Made by a program: the position numbers and the translations under genes. A stretch of DNA of 64,000 nt, from assembly GCA_002269645.1 (NCBI GenBank), contig NIVC01000954.1, positions 115,884 to 179,883 of the forward strand. Direction: 5' to 3'. The notes below the pieces were generated by a model, which saw nothing but the letters and a program-made list of their open reading frames with translations, did not search any database and was not told where the DNA came from. Below are positions 50,011-63,000 of the stretch, piece after piece. Each line of letters begins with the position of its first letter. Position 1 is the first letter of the stretch. This DNA is from Macrostomum lignano (taxonomy: Eukaryota).

Positions 50011-50955
50011 AATGTATTTGATCTTTTTTATTTTGAACAACTTACGGTTGCCATTCTACGGCTAGAATGAACACTAGATTTGTACTTAAGTAGTGCGAGT
50101 CGACTGTTTGACGACATTGATGGCGGTATGAATCAGCCATCAGAGAATAGAAAAAGTAAAAAGCTTCAGAGCTGCTTCAAGTAGTAAGACAAAACGAAGT
50201 TAAAAGCATTTCGAGTTAGTCTGAGCGCTCTTTTTGACGTTTTTGGCAGAAGCCTACGTTTGATACACGTACATACTAATTAAAAATGGTCTTACAAACA
50301 AGCAAGTATGATAATTTTTGTAGGTAGTTCTTTGATTAGCAGCTTTTTCGACTATATAAAATTTATTAACTACTCAATGACTTTGTGGGATACTTCTAAT
50401 ATATCTTTACAATTGAGACCAATTGGGACCGATTAAGAAATGCTCTTTTTGCGACAAAATAATGCAACGCAGCAAGTACACAAATACACCAGTATGCGCC
50501 TGGGATTGAGGGCGAAGAAGCTGAGGGTATGCTTAAACAATGTTGAACAGTATTAGGAAACTAAGATGCAGAAGTATGATTGAATAAATGAGTTATTTCC
50601 TAACATTGTTTCGGAGTTAAAGCGTGACTCTTAGACTAAGTGGGAATGGAATGAAGAATTTGGAAGGATGAATACTTTTAATTTATTGAATGTAGAATTT
50701 AGAAATGTTGCATTGACAAATTTATACTTGTCGCCAGGAGCAGATATAGAATTTTGTTTCGGAGGCCAAGGGGCGCCATATTACAGGGATGCCAATCAAG
50801 ATCAATCCGGGGGTGCCAAAACTGCCATAAAGGGCGCAAAAACCGCTAGAACAAACGCTAAAACGCAACCGCCAAGGGGCGCCAGTGTCTAAAGGGCGTT
50901 TTCGTAGTTTCGACGGGGCTGCCGCCCCCCCCCCTTCCCCCAAATAAGATAAGCC

Positions 50956-51624
50956 GGGACGCATGATTAAGCGCGCATTTAGTAACTGCTCTTAGTAACA
51001 CAAGCGCGCATTTAAAATGCATGAGTCTGGCACAAGCGCACATTCTAGACGCATCAATCTGAATGCTGCACCTTGAAGTTAGAATAGTAAGACCGGCGTA
51101 TTCAGCTCTCCCGTGTCCCAGCTCTCCCAGCAGCCAGTGCCGGACCATCAGCTGCAGGCAGCGACAGACTATCAAAACCCGGCCTCAGAATTGCATAACT
51201 TGTAGTTCTATTCTTAGCTACTGAACATTTTACCGTTTTAAATAAGACCATTTTACCATTTTAATCGCAACATTGTAAAATTTTAAGTCCAAGCATTTTA
51301 ACTTTGTGAAAAAAAAATACAGAGAAAAAGTTTAAGGAAGCCATTTTTTCTGAAATCTATCGCTCAGCTGGATAGATAGATAGATAAAGACAACTTATTT
51401 TTAGTATATTGGATAAAGCTTCCTGACTTTGTGCTGACTTAGTCATAATACAAGGATTGGCTTGTTATCCTTGCAAGCGTCTTGTGTCCTGACTTAGTCG
51501 TAAAAATTGCCTGCGCGCTAAAGTCACTGTGATTTTTGCTCGCTTGTGCCTGTGCGCGCTTATTTCCACACTTTCCAAAAAATGCACATGCGCGCTTATG
51601 TCCACGCGCTTATTCAGCCCTCCC
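50956..51624. mobile_element. Non-autonomous TIR element with 8-bp TSD (superfamily unresolved)
   Basis: Imperfect TIRs GGGACGCATGATTAAGCGC / GCGCTTATTCAGCCCTCCC, TSD GATAAGCC (50948-50955, 51625-51632), mirrored AAGCGCGCA / TGCGCGCTT subterminal motifs. Confidence 0.75.
51341..51413 (-). mobile_element. Isolated 5' stub of the non-autonomous Helitron family
   Basis: Minus strand reads A|TCCAATATACTAAAAATAAGTTGTC..(CTAT)n..GCGATAGATTTCAGAAAAAATGG. Confidence 0.75.
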
Positions 51625-52013
51625 GATAAGCCTCACCCAAAGTTCGCGAGAGAATAGCAGGCGCAAATTTGCTGACCTACGGACAAGAAATGACAGCTCT
51701 GGAATGCCTATCAACTAGGCCATATGTACCCAACTAGGTATATTGATTGAATTATACTGCCTAATAAAATCCCATTTGATTCGTCAAAGGATTGAACAAT
51801 TGTATATTCTGGCTTTAATTGTAAGACTTCGTACGAGCGTAATTACGATAAAAGAAAAAACTCAAGACAATTCAAATCTCCTGTCTGAAAACTTTCAGAT
51901 GACCAGTCACAATTTGAAGGTTCTCATGTCACCATCAAGGACCACTAGAAGTTACCGTTGTATCAGGACGCAACACTCGTAAATATTGCAAAATTTTTTG
52001 AAGGCCCGCTTGT

Positions 52014-52902
52014 TTACATGTATTTATCGGTACTTGCCTTCAAAAAAGGATGCCGATACCGACAGGCGACACCCTGGACAAGGTGAACCGGACTACAGGA
52101 GGCGGGCTGTCGCTCTGTGGGCCGAGAGAACCAGCAGGGAAGCACACGAGACGGATGCTGCTGTATTGGCTGAATGGCTGACGTCGGTTGTGCTGTATTG
52201 AATGGACGAACGAAGGGCCGGTCCACCCCTGCGTCCTCCTGCGATGCTCCAGAACGGCGGATTGTCGCTTGGGCTGCGCGACCTGCGGAGAATGCCAAAG
52301 TGCAGACAGACGACTCCCGAACAAGGCGCCACGGAATCTGAGGCGGGTAGTCGCTCTGCGGCTGGGGCAGCGCAGAGGAGCGCACGGGCAGACCGGAATC
52401 TGCGATGGAGATGAGTTGGCTGGCCATGTCGCATCATCGAGTTGTCGTTGACCCCGTGGAAGGCCTCTGCAGTGATGAATTCCCTGATGATGCTGGCCGG
52501 ACTTCGGATGGTAGCTGCTGGAGGAAAATACGCGGTGACGCTGGATTGCTGATGCACATGGAACTCTGTAGAACGGCCTTGATTAGCCCGTGTTGGCATG
52601 TTAGAATTTGGTCGTCGACAGAGTCCTGTTGCGCTACGGCGGAAATTCGGCAATAGGCGCATGGTGATAGTAACTTCTTCGGATGGTGTTGGGCGATTCG
52701 ACCTGTTGATGACGACGGTGGTGATGTGCTCGGATGACGATGATGCTTCTTGTGTTAATGGCTGTGACGACGGAGGCGATGGATGTGGTGATGCTGGCTG
52801 ATTATTTACAGTAATGCTGATGCTCCATGATGCTGTCGCTGGCGGGGCGTGTGCCCCCCGATCCAAGATGCTGACGGCGCCTCACCGGACCAGTTGTAGC
52901 GG
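52014..52902 (-). pseudogene. GC-rich exon-like region, unknown P/S/Q-rich product, probably disrupted
   Basis: Acceptor tttcacag at 52903, in-frame TGA near 52884, long ORF 52866-52093 and overlapping ORF 52427-52014; no recognised domain. Confidence 0.3.
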
Positions 52903-53470
52903 CTGTGAAATGAAAAAGGTAGAGCTAGGCGGTGGTTCGCCCTTGTTTGCTTCTTTGTTTGGCACTTGAGTTTCTCGAATATCCAAAGAGGCTTGGAGCA
53001 GATGCTGGTTTAGCTACTGTATATTTATACTATAATTTGTCCTTCCGGAAATTTCTAGAATTAAATAATTCATAATTATTGAATCGAACTTTCGCGAAGG
53101 TCACTACACTACTCGACTGTTTTAAAGAAGCATGCACTACAATAGAGCCTCAGAAGCGCTATATATTAGGTGTATTTATAATTTTTTAAGCTTTTAATCT
53201 GTTAAATCTAGATATTTTAAGTAATTATGTCATTAAAAGCAACTTTGCAACTCGTTTTAAAATCTCTGAAGTTTTTATGCTCATAGCAGACATACTATAA
53301 TTGGGCAAAGCTTGAGAAAAGGATCAGATGGGCTTCTAACTAATTTACTATCAACAAAAATTTTATTTTTAGCTTATAAGCTTAGCCTTTAGTAGCTGTC
53401 ATGACTAAGTTATAGCCCCATCATACTAAGACTTTAACTGCTAGTCTGCTACTAGTTAGGTCGAAGTGCA

Positions 53471-53543
53471 GTCCGGAAAAATTGCCAACGAGGAGCGAAG
53501 CGAGCGAAGCGAGCGTAGCTCCTCGTTGGCAATTTTTTCGGAC
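53471..53543. repeat. 26-bp hairpin with GCGAAGC mini-hairpins in the loop
   Basis: Arms 53471-53496 and 53518-53543 pair at 25/26 positions; loop gaagcgagcgaagcgagcgta. Confidence 0.9.
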
Positions 53544-54522
53544 AAACGAGACCGAGATAAGATGTCCCGGAGACTCCCCCAACGTAAAATCAACGTTTTA
53601 GAAAATAAAATTGATGCAGAGTTAAAACCACTTGAGATGAAACCATGTGTGACCCCTCTATGGACGTAAAACATTTAGGGCTACAAGATGTGTGACGTGA
53701 AAGTTCCATAGCAACGCGTCTTGGTTGCCATGGCAACAAAAAAGTGACTTTTTTTAGACCCGTCCAAATCTTGAATCTCAAAAAATAAGGATTCACAATA
53801 TGGAGTCAAAAATTGATTGAACCCAACTTTTGGCGAATTTTCAGACCTTCAAGACACTGATTGGTTATTTTCCGCTAAATGCTTACCTTGATAGGTAATT
53901 CTGTAAAAGTGTGTTTTTTAAGTGTCAAAAAATGCGCATTTTTATCAACTTTCAACTGAGCTGCGTCATTCTAACAATGGCACCTGGGACTCTTACATGA
54001 CGCACGACTTTAACCAAGATACTCACTTTAACTGTACATTCGCACCTGTTAATTACATTCGAATATTCGACGGGTAGGTATTCGAACCGAAATAAAGGAA
54101 ATTCAACCTTGTTGCGAGACTCTAAAAAGTACATGAATGCGGTCATTTAGGTAAGATCTACATGTTTATAATACATTTTGAGCCGTTTCGTTGCACTGAC
54201 TCTGAGCCATACACTGCTAAAGTCGATAAACGTGATTTAGGCTATTTTTATGTATTTTTTCATGATACAAATGTACAAAAAATAAGAAACGACGACATGC
54301 TAGGAAAATCAGACTTTTTAGGCAAGGTGCACAACTAAATTGCGCACAATATGTATATTTTGAAATTTCGTCTTAGTTTATTGAAGTCGCTGCCGGTACA
54401 GAAATGTACTTTAACGACGGTACGGGGGGCTTGCATATCGAACATACTTTTTAGCCTGTAACTTTTGAGCGGATTACCGGAGCGCGACGCGCTTGGTGTC
54501 ATTGAACTACATTTTAGATGTA

Positions 54523-55582
54523 CTTTAATTTGAATGTATGTTCGCTGTCATTGCACGATGCGTTGTACACCTCAGGTCAGGTCACGTGACTTGCTGGAAA
54601 TGAAATAATGACTTTGTACCTATACTAAGGATAGGTGAAGCGTAAGAATGAACCAAAATTTGTACTTATTAGAAACACCTAGATGACTACTGTCAGAAAA
54701 AATGATATTCACGTCTGTCAGTTGCAAAATTTTGTTATAATTGACTTTTAAAATCGAAAAACGTGATTTTGTGCAAAAACAACCTATATGAGCACACATA
54801 GGGTGAAAAATTTATTGATTTTCGCTATGAGGTTCTTAGCTTCCAAGAGCACTATTGTGCCCAGTAAACACGTACAGATGACTGCTATCTTCGTTAGTGT
54901 GCGAAAATTCGTATTTTTACGCTAATAACATTTACCGAATTACGAGGTTCCGGTGTTATGCGTTTTTTTGCTATATTTCACGCTGCCATTTATTAACGAT
55001 GCTACGCCAGGCCTTCAGTGTGGTGTCAATAGTTAGCATTTAAAAAGTGCTTTAATTTGAGTGTATGTTCGCTGGCATTGCACGATGCGTTGTACACCTC
55101 AGGCCAGGTCACGTGACTTGCTGGAAATGAAATAATGACTTTGTACCTATACTAAGGATAGGTGAAGCATAAGAATGACCCATATTAGTACTTATTAGAA
55201 ACATCTAGATGAATACTCTCAGAAAAAGTGACATTCACGTCTGTCAGTTGCAAAAAAAATTTTTAATTGACTCTCAAAATCGAAAAACGTGATTTTGTGC
55301 AAAAACAACCCATTTGAGCACTACATAGGGCGGAAAATATATTAATTTTCGCTATGAGGTTCTTAGCTTCCAAGAGCACTATTGTGCCCAGTAAACACGT
55401 ACAGATGACTGCCATCTTCGTTAGTGTGCGAAAATTCGTATTTTGACGCTATTAACATTTTACCGAATTACGAGGTTCCGGTACTATGCGTTTTTTTGCT
55501 ATATTTCACGCTGCCATTTATTAACTATCCTACGCCAGGCCTTCAGTGTAGTGTCAATAAATAGCATTTAGCAAGTGCTTTA
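54523..55582 (+). repeat. 527-bp direct tandem duplication
   Basis: 54523-55049 is closely similar to 55050-55582. Confidence 0.9.
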
Positions 55583-57076
55583 AGATGACATCATGCGCAT
55601 TGCGTTGCGTAAAAGTGTGGGTCCACAGTTTCGTAACAAGTTAAAATGACCTGATTTCGCAAAAATCTTTAAAACAAAAAATACCAAATAGGTAACTAAA
55701 AAGCCTTTTGAAACTGAATAAAAAATGCACATAAAAGTGCTATTTTGTAACGTAAAAAGTCTTGCGTCCTGCAAAAATCTTCTATGGTGACTTTTTGGAG
55801 CCGTGAAGTGTAAAAACGTGCGCATTTTTAAAGCTGTTGAACTTACTTTTTGAGGTATATTTTGAAAATAGGCATTTTATAAATTGTATAACAAAATTTA
55901 ATTGAAGAAAGCAATAAGGTAAAATAGAATTCGAAATTATTTAATTTTGAAATAATTAAACTGTACATTTCAGTCGTTCTGTTCCTTATAATTTCTACAA
56001 AAATTTAAATTTAAATCGGTTATGTTAACAGTAGTTTATTGCTGTAGGACAAATTTGACCCCAAATTTTCAAAGCAACTTATCTAAGCAAACGCTATCTA
56101 AATCTGAAATATTTTCAAGCTTCAATCTGTAGCTATAATATTCGGTTTTGTTACGCTATTTATTCGTATCCTACTACATTATATATAATTATTGTACAAT
56201 ATATTATATTCTACAAGTACAAGTTTTAATTGTAATATATTCAATTGTTATCAGTTTTACACTGTAAGTGTAAGCTTCAAATTTTATTTGAAATATAACT
56301 GAAGTATAGTACTTTAATATTATTTTATAGCTAATTAATTGTATTCTGCCAAATATTTACGTTTTTTTTCTCTGCTTTGCTTTTTGCTCCATATTTTTAT
56401 AAATTATAGTCATATTTACATATATCTTTTAAAAGTACTCATCCTTTCACATTTTATTTTGTAGTTATCAGTCAAATTTAACTTGAATTTTCCTTTTGTT
56501 TGCATAATTTTGACTTAAGACTTTAGTTTTGAAGTAAGTATTCTTTTTATTTCTTCATATGTTTAGCATAGTACAAATATCTGTAGTACTCTGCTTAATG
56601 GTAGAAGTTTGTGGACACTTTTTATAAATTCTGCTCAATTTATTATAAATTTAGCATTTTTGCTAGACAATATATACATGCCAATGCTCCTTATATCAAG
56701 CAATGCTTGAAAGTGCTAGACACTTAGTTTATGGTGAATTTTTACCAAGGGATGTTTTTTTGCTGATATAGAATTCCTAGAAGCATGTACAAAAACATGG
56801 AATATGCCTGAAAAAACTCTAGAAAATATGCACTAAATCCAAGAAAAAATGTTGAAAGCACAAAAACTACATGGCACACACCGCCTATATGCCAGTATAT
56901 TATGCTGCAGCATATTAATCCACAATCCAGTAGCAGTGCTAGTGTTCGTAGTTTAACTAAATTTGCCACCAGAAAAGAGTTGAGTTAACTTGGTAAAGAG
57001 TAGCATGTTTTCTGTGTTTAGCTAATTAGTTTCTTTATCATTCTGAAATATTTACTAACATGTTTATTTAGACAGG

Positions 57077-60000
57077 ATGGGCAACGACAAAAACAGCATC
57101 AAGGACAACACTAGCATTAACAAGGATACAAGTGCTTCTTCTGTTGCTGCCAATAGTAAGTTTTGTACATTTGTTGCAACTTGCAGGTGATAGGTGCTAC
57201 TTTCAGGAATAGTTTCAAAGCAATCCTACCTTTATTATTAATATTCACACCTTAGGAAACCAGCTTTTACTAGCATTCTTGGCTGCCCATTTGGGCAACA
57301 GACAAACTAAAAAGTTCCTGCACTACACAATTTATTTACCAAACAATAAATCTCAATTGTTCACACTATAACTCACACTGAATAGTTCACAGGTAATTCT
57401 GTAAAAAAGTGTTTTTCAGATGTCTAAAAATGTGAATTTTTCAAACTCTTAACTGACGCAGCTCAAATCAATAGTTCACACTCAATAGTTTAGATTGAAT
57501 AGTTTCGCCTGAATAGTTTTGACAGACAGAATAATTTCAACTGAATAGTTACAACTGAATAGTTTAGACTTAATAATCTTGACTGAGTAGTTTTGACTGA
57601 ATAGTGTGAACTCAATAGTTTCGACTGAGTAGTTTCGACTGAATAGTTTCGACAAAGGGAATAAATTCAATTGGAATCTGACCTTGTTTGACAGATCATT
57701 AAAATAATTATAGAAACTCTATTTTCGAATGTTTAACACCCTTAGAATTTGAGCAGATTTAAGAAATTTTGACCACTGTATAATCAGTGCAAAATCTGCA
57801 ATAGTTTAGAAAAAACGCTATCAAAATTGATCAAGAATGGCACGCTCTAGAGCGAAATAGATGGACAGACATATATATATATATATATATAGGTAGATTT
57901 ATAAATTTCTTTTTTACTGTGACTTTAAACAGGTGCGAAAAAGTGCGGACGGCCGAAGAAGAAAAACTGGAGCCGCTCCAAGAATAATATTAAAGTTGCT
58001 GCTGTCGGTGATTTAACTGCTGGCGAAGAACAGATTCAAGAGCCAGATGTACAACCGGAAGCTGCTGCTGCCTCTTCTATTGCCGCTGCTGGGACTAAAG
58101 CTGGTGCTTCTGCTGATGCTGCTGCTAAAACTGAGTCTGTGATTAAGCTGGACGAGGCTGGTCTGGCTGCCCTGCTAGCTGAACATGATGCTGCTCTGGC
58201 CGACGCTCTGGCTGCTTCGGAATACCCCGTGGTCGAAGGTGATGCTGAAGTGCCCAATTCTGGTGCTGCTTACAATGAGCAACTTATAGGCTACTTGAGT
58301 GCTGGTGAGAGTTTTATTTTTTATTGAATTTCTATGCATAGTACAAGTTAATTTTCTTTCTTACATCTGACTTTGCTTGCGAATATTGAAAATTAGATTT
58401 TAGTGTTTACGACTTGTGCAAAATACAATTAATGCTCAATTCCTTAAAATTATCATACCTCACTGTTTAAGAGTTGTATTCTTTTACAGATGAAACAGGT
58501 GCTACTGCAATGGATTTTGCCGAAGGTCATGTAACTGCTGCTGTACAAGTCCAACCTGTATGGGTTCCTTTTTCTTCGTGTCGCGTTGAGAATGTACGAG
58601 GTGACGGCAACTGTTTTTTCACGGCCATATTGAGACAATTACAAGAACTGCCAGGTTTTTCCGCCTATCAATCGCTAAGCGTAGAAGATTTTCGAGATGC
58701 GGTTGCTGCAGAATTCGAGCAATGGGTGCATCGCGATGTCAATAATCAGGAAAGAATTATGCAAACAGGACTGAATTGGGAAAAAGTGCGCGACGATACA
58801 AGGCGTCCCCGTATGTACGTGCCATGCGGAGTTCCAGAACTAATTGGTGAACTGTTGCGGCTAGAAGTGTTTATTTATCAGTCAAACATGCTTAATCTAG
58901 CGCGGCCTGGCCATTATTCCCGACCGAATATTGGAGAACGTTTGGCTACTATTCGATTGTTGTTTAATCCTGGTAGTCAACACTACGAAATCGTTCGTGT
59001 CAATGATTTGGAAGTTAATGAAGCAAGCTCAGTTCGGCCGACTGGCCAAGGAGATTTGAGCGCCAAGAATGTGGAAATGCCCCCTCTCAACGAGAATGTT
59101 CATGTTGTCGAAGATCCTGTTGTAATGATGCCACCTCCAGCTCCACCAATGACGCCTTTTGAAAAGGTTGCAGACTGGACCCGAGTTCAAAGTAGGCATT
59201 GGAAGGGACGTTGTAGAAATCAAGCAAAGTCCTTGGAAAATAATACGAGTTTGTTTGCGCATCCGAATTCATATGAAGTGCTTCGGGATCGGAACAACTC
59301 TGTCTGGAATTGGAATGTCGATCTTGACGCGGAGGATAGCGCAGAGTCAGTTGAAATTGAGCATGTGTCAGAGTCAGTTAAAAGTGATCGTGTGTCAGAG
59401 TCCGTGCCATCAAATGTTCCGCGGCGCAGTCGGCGTAAAAAGGATGTTGGGAAGGCAAGTTGCGCTACGCGTCGGAGTAGTCGACTGAGCGCTAAAGCAA
59501 ACACATTAGAGTCTGTGTCTGTTGCAGCCTCTAGTGTATCTGGTCAGAGCTTATTGAGAAGAAGCAGTCGCACTCGGAGAGCACCATGTTGCAGTTGCAT
59601 CGGTTGTGGCGACTCAGTTTCGGCGGTTTCAAGCGTTTCTTGCCATTTGGAAAAAGGAAGAGGTCGAGAAAAGAAGAGCGACGTTGTACCAAGTGCTCCT
59701 ACTCGTCGCAGCGAGCGTTTGAAAAACCAGCAGCAAGTGGTCAACTATGCAAATTCTTTACCACGGAAACAGAGATTGACAAACGCAGAAAATCATATCT
59801 GCGAACCCGTTCGATCGTCGCCTAGGAAGACGGCACCTTTGCAGCAGGAGCAGCAAGATAAACGTCAGTCTGATAATATTCCAGCTACTTCTACGTATTC
59901 ATCACCACGAAAGACACGTGCTACTCAGGAGAAGCCTGATGAAGCGATCCGTTCGTCACCCAGAAAGCGGCCTACAATGGAGCAGCAGCCAGCTAAAGAA

Positions 60001-63000
60001 AATGTTCCGCAGAGCAGCACTTCAGAAGAGAGCGCTCAAGATGCTCCAATTGTTGAAGATGAAATCGGAGATCCTAATCTGCCAAAGTGCCTTCGCAATC
60101 CGTTCACAGACCAGTTCAAAAAGATGAGGCAAGACTTTTTCAATGAAAACATAACAAAAGTATCACATTTGAAACAGTGCTACGTGTGTAGGGAAAAGTT
60201 TCCTGGAAAATATTTTAGCATCGATTCTGAAGACATGTGCGATCGTTGTTTCAGAGATGACAATGAGCCGAAATCGTTTAGCCAAGAAAACAATGCGATT
60301 CCGATGTTGGAGCAGCCAGAAGATTTGCAAGATTTGAGTGTAGCAGAGCAAATGTTGATTTCGCCAGTTTTGTCGGTTATTGTTGTGGTACAAATTTTTC
60401 CCCAAAAGCAAACAAAATCGAGAGGACACGGAATCATGTTGCCTCAAGATCAGTCGCACGTTTTGCGAGAGCTGCCAAGACGATCTCTGCCAGTTGTTTT
60501 AATGTACGACGAAAGAGCCCGTGTTCAGCCTGGAGAAGCGCAAAGCGGCACAATGAACAATTTGCGAGTTCGACGCGACAAAGTGACTAATGCGATGCGC
60601 TATTTAATGGCAAACAACAAGTACTTTAGACAGTATCAGGTTTCAATGAATAATGATGCGTTGCTACATCTGCCTGAAGATGGTTATGCTCATCAAGTAG
60701 AAGGTATGATTGTCGAAATGCAGTCTGACAATGAAGTGAATTTCGAGGCGGCACAGCAAGAAGGCGGCTCAGCCAGAGCTGAGCGATTGCAGCAACAAGT
60801 AGAAAAAAATGCGGACGAGACGAACGAGCTCGAGGAAACAATTAGTTCGCTGTTGGAGACTCCTTTGCGTCGATTGGAATCGGCAGTACGAGACAAATTT
60901 TTGAGTGAAAAATTGAAATGGCCAGCAAGAAGCAACGAGCCGGTAAACGAATTTCAGGATGAAGGATATTTTACATTGGCTTATCCTCATCTCTTTCCGG
61001 ATGGAGCAGGAGATTATAGTACGCCACGTAATTTTGGACTAAGTTTGGGCGACTATGCAAAGCATTTGATGCAATTCCGGTGTCCAAGATTTCGTACCGA
61101 TTTGCGGTTTAAATTTTACATTGAAAATATGGTGATGCGTTGGAGGGCGCTGGAAGTTGGTCGCGTGTTTGTACACGACAACAAGTATGCTGGATTAAGT
61201 GCCAAGGAAATGATTGAAGCACTAAATGACCCGGCAGTATTGGCTAGCGTGTCAGTTCGAGCATCAGATTTGCGAGGCACAAGCGCTTATTGGCAGAGTA
61301 AAGGACGGCAATTGGAAGCCATGATTCGAACGCTTGGTGTTCCTCATTTTTTCGTGACACTATCGGCAGCAGATGTACATTGGCCAGAGTTGCAGCATGC
61401 CTGGGGAATCGATGCAGAGCAATATGAAAGCAATGTAGAACTAAGAGCAGAAATGTTGTCAAAGTTGCAAAAAGATCCCGGAATGGCAGACACTGTGTTT
61501 TGGTTGCGATTTGAAACATGTTTGAAACGTTTTTTGGTCGAGCACTGGAAAGTAAACGATTATTGGTTTCGCATAGAATATCAGAGTCGCGGAAGTCCAC
61601 ACGTTCACGGTTGCATTTGGATGCCAGATGGTGTTGATGTGACATCGAATACATTGAATGCAGAAGAATTGACGAGCTTTGTTGACAAGTACATCTGTAG
61701 TTGGAATTTGGCCATGGACGAATCGGATTATGGAAATCAAGTTTTGAATGGCAGTTTAGCAGGTCAAGGTCATCCAGCTCAACTGAAACCGGAAGAGATT
61801 GAAAATGACAAGCAAGATTTGCAGTTAATTTCGCATTTGACAGAGAGGCACACTATTTGCAGTAAAAAGTGCTTGCGAACAGTAAAAGGCAAACAAGAGT
61901 GCCGATTCAAGTATCGCGCGAGCCGCAGGAAAAGACTGTTGCAAAGCGAGTATCCCGTTTAAATTGGCAAGTTGAGACGCAGCGCAACGACGAGCGAATG
62001 ATTTCTCACAGTCCGCAGTTGCTGTGCATGTGGAGAGCCAATGTCGATGTTCAAATGATTTCGTCCGTGAAGAATTTGATTCGCTATTTGATCAAGTATG
62101 CGACAAAAAGCGAAAAGGAGTCGGATTATATGGCGGAGCTGACAAAGCGTCTTCATAAGGAGTTGGAAGATAATGCAGAACAGAATGCCGATAACAATTT
62201 TCAGCGTAGCAACACTGCAAGGCGTGTTGTACAACAACACTTGATGGCGCAAGTTGGAGCGCGTGATTATTCGGCGCAAGAGGCAATGCATTTGCTATTG
62301 CAGACGTCAATGTACAAGGGTTCGCGAGAATTTGTTTTTGTTCAGACTGGCGAAACCCGCGCAGTGGAGGAAAAGGGTGTTTGCAGGAATAGTTGCGACA
62401 AGTATTCAAAGCGTGCAAAGAATTTGGAAAATGTAACAATGTTTCGTTTCTTTTCCGACTACTGTCTCAGCCCTAATGGGAGGTGCACAAAAAGGCCGAA
62501 ACAAGTAGTTTTGCTAATCAGTCCATTTTTTCGACCGAATGAGCAATCAGACGAAAGACGCGAAGGCTATTATCGGCAGCAGGTTTTGTTGTACAGTTGT
62601 TGGCGAAATGAGCGAGAAGCCAAAGGTTTGCACACAAGCTGGCAGCAAGCGTACGAAGCCATGCCTGCTGAGAATCGATGCGAGCTGCAGCTGCCCAATT
62701 TGGACGATTTGCGCAACGACGAAGCTGACGAAGAAGTCGAAGCAGTTGCGGAGCTACCCGAAATGACCAACGCAAATGCGCAATCTGCTGCTCAGCCAAC
62801 TTATGAGCACGAAGAGCAAGAAGATTGGATGGTTGCAGTGGGGCACTTCATCGCGAGAGAAATCTATTGGCCTGTCCAGAAGATCAATTGCCAAAGCCGC
62901 CAGAAAATTTTGACTGGAGCGCAGCTAGTGGCGGCCAGTTTCCAACGGTTGGAGAAGCAAAGGCGTTTTTAAGTAGCGACCTAAAACTTGGCGCAAGAGA

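Noticed and set aside
50735-50947. GC-rich MITE (CAGGAGCAGATATAG.. start, GGGGCGCC motifs)
   Set aside because: No convincing second TIR or TSD could be identified
13869-52886. Alternative genetic code or systematic UGA read-through (in-frame TGA at 13869, 49203, ~52884)
   Set aside because: The hAT ORF terminates normally at TGA, the 13869 site aligns to a conserved Arg (CGA>TGA), and no SECIS-like element was recognised
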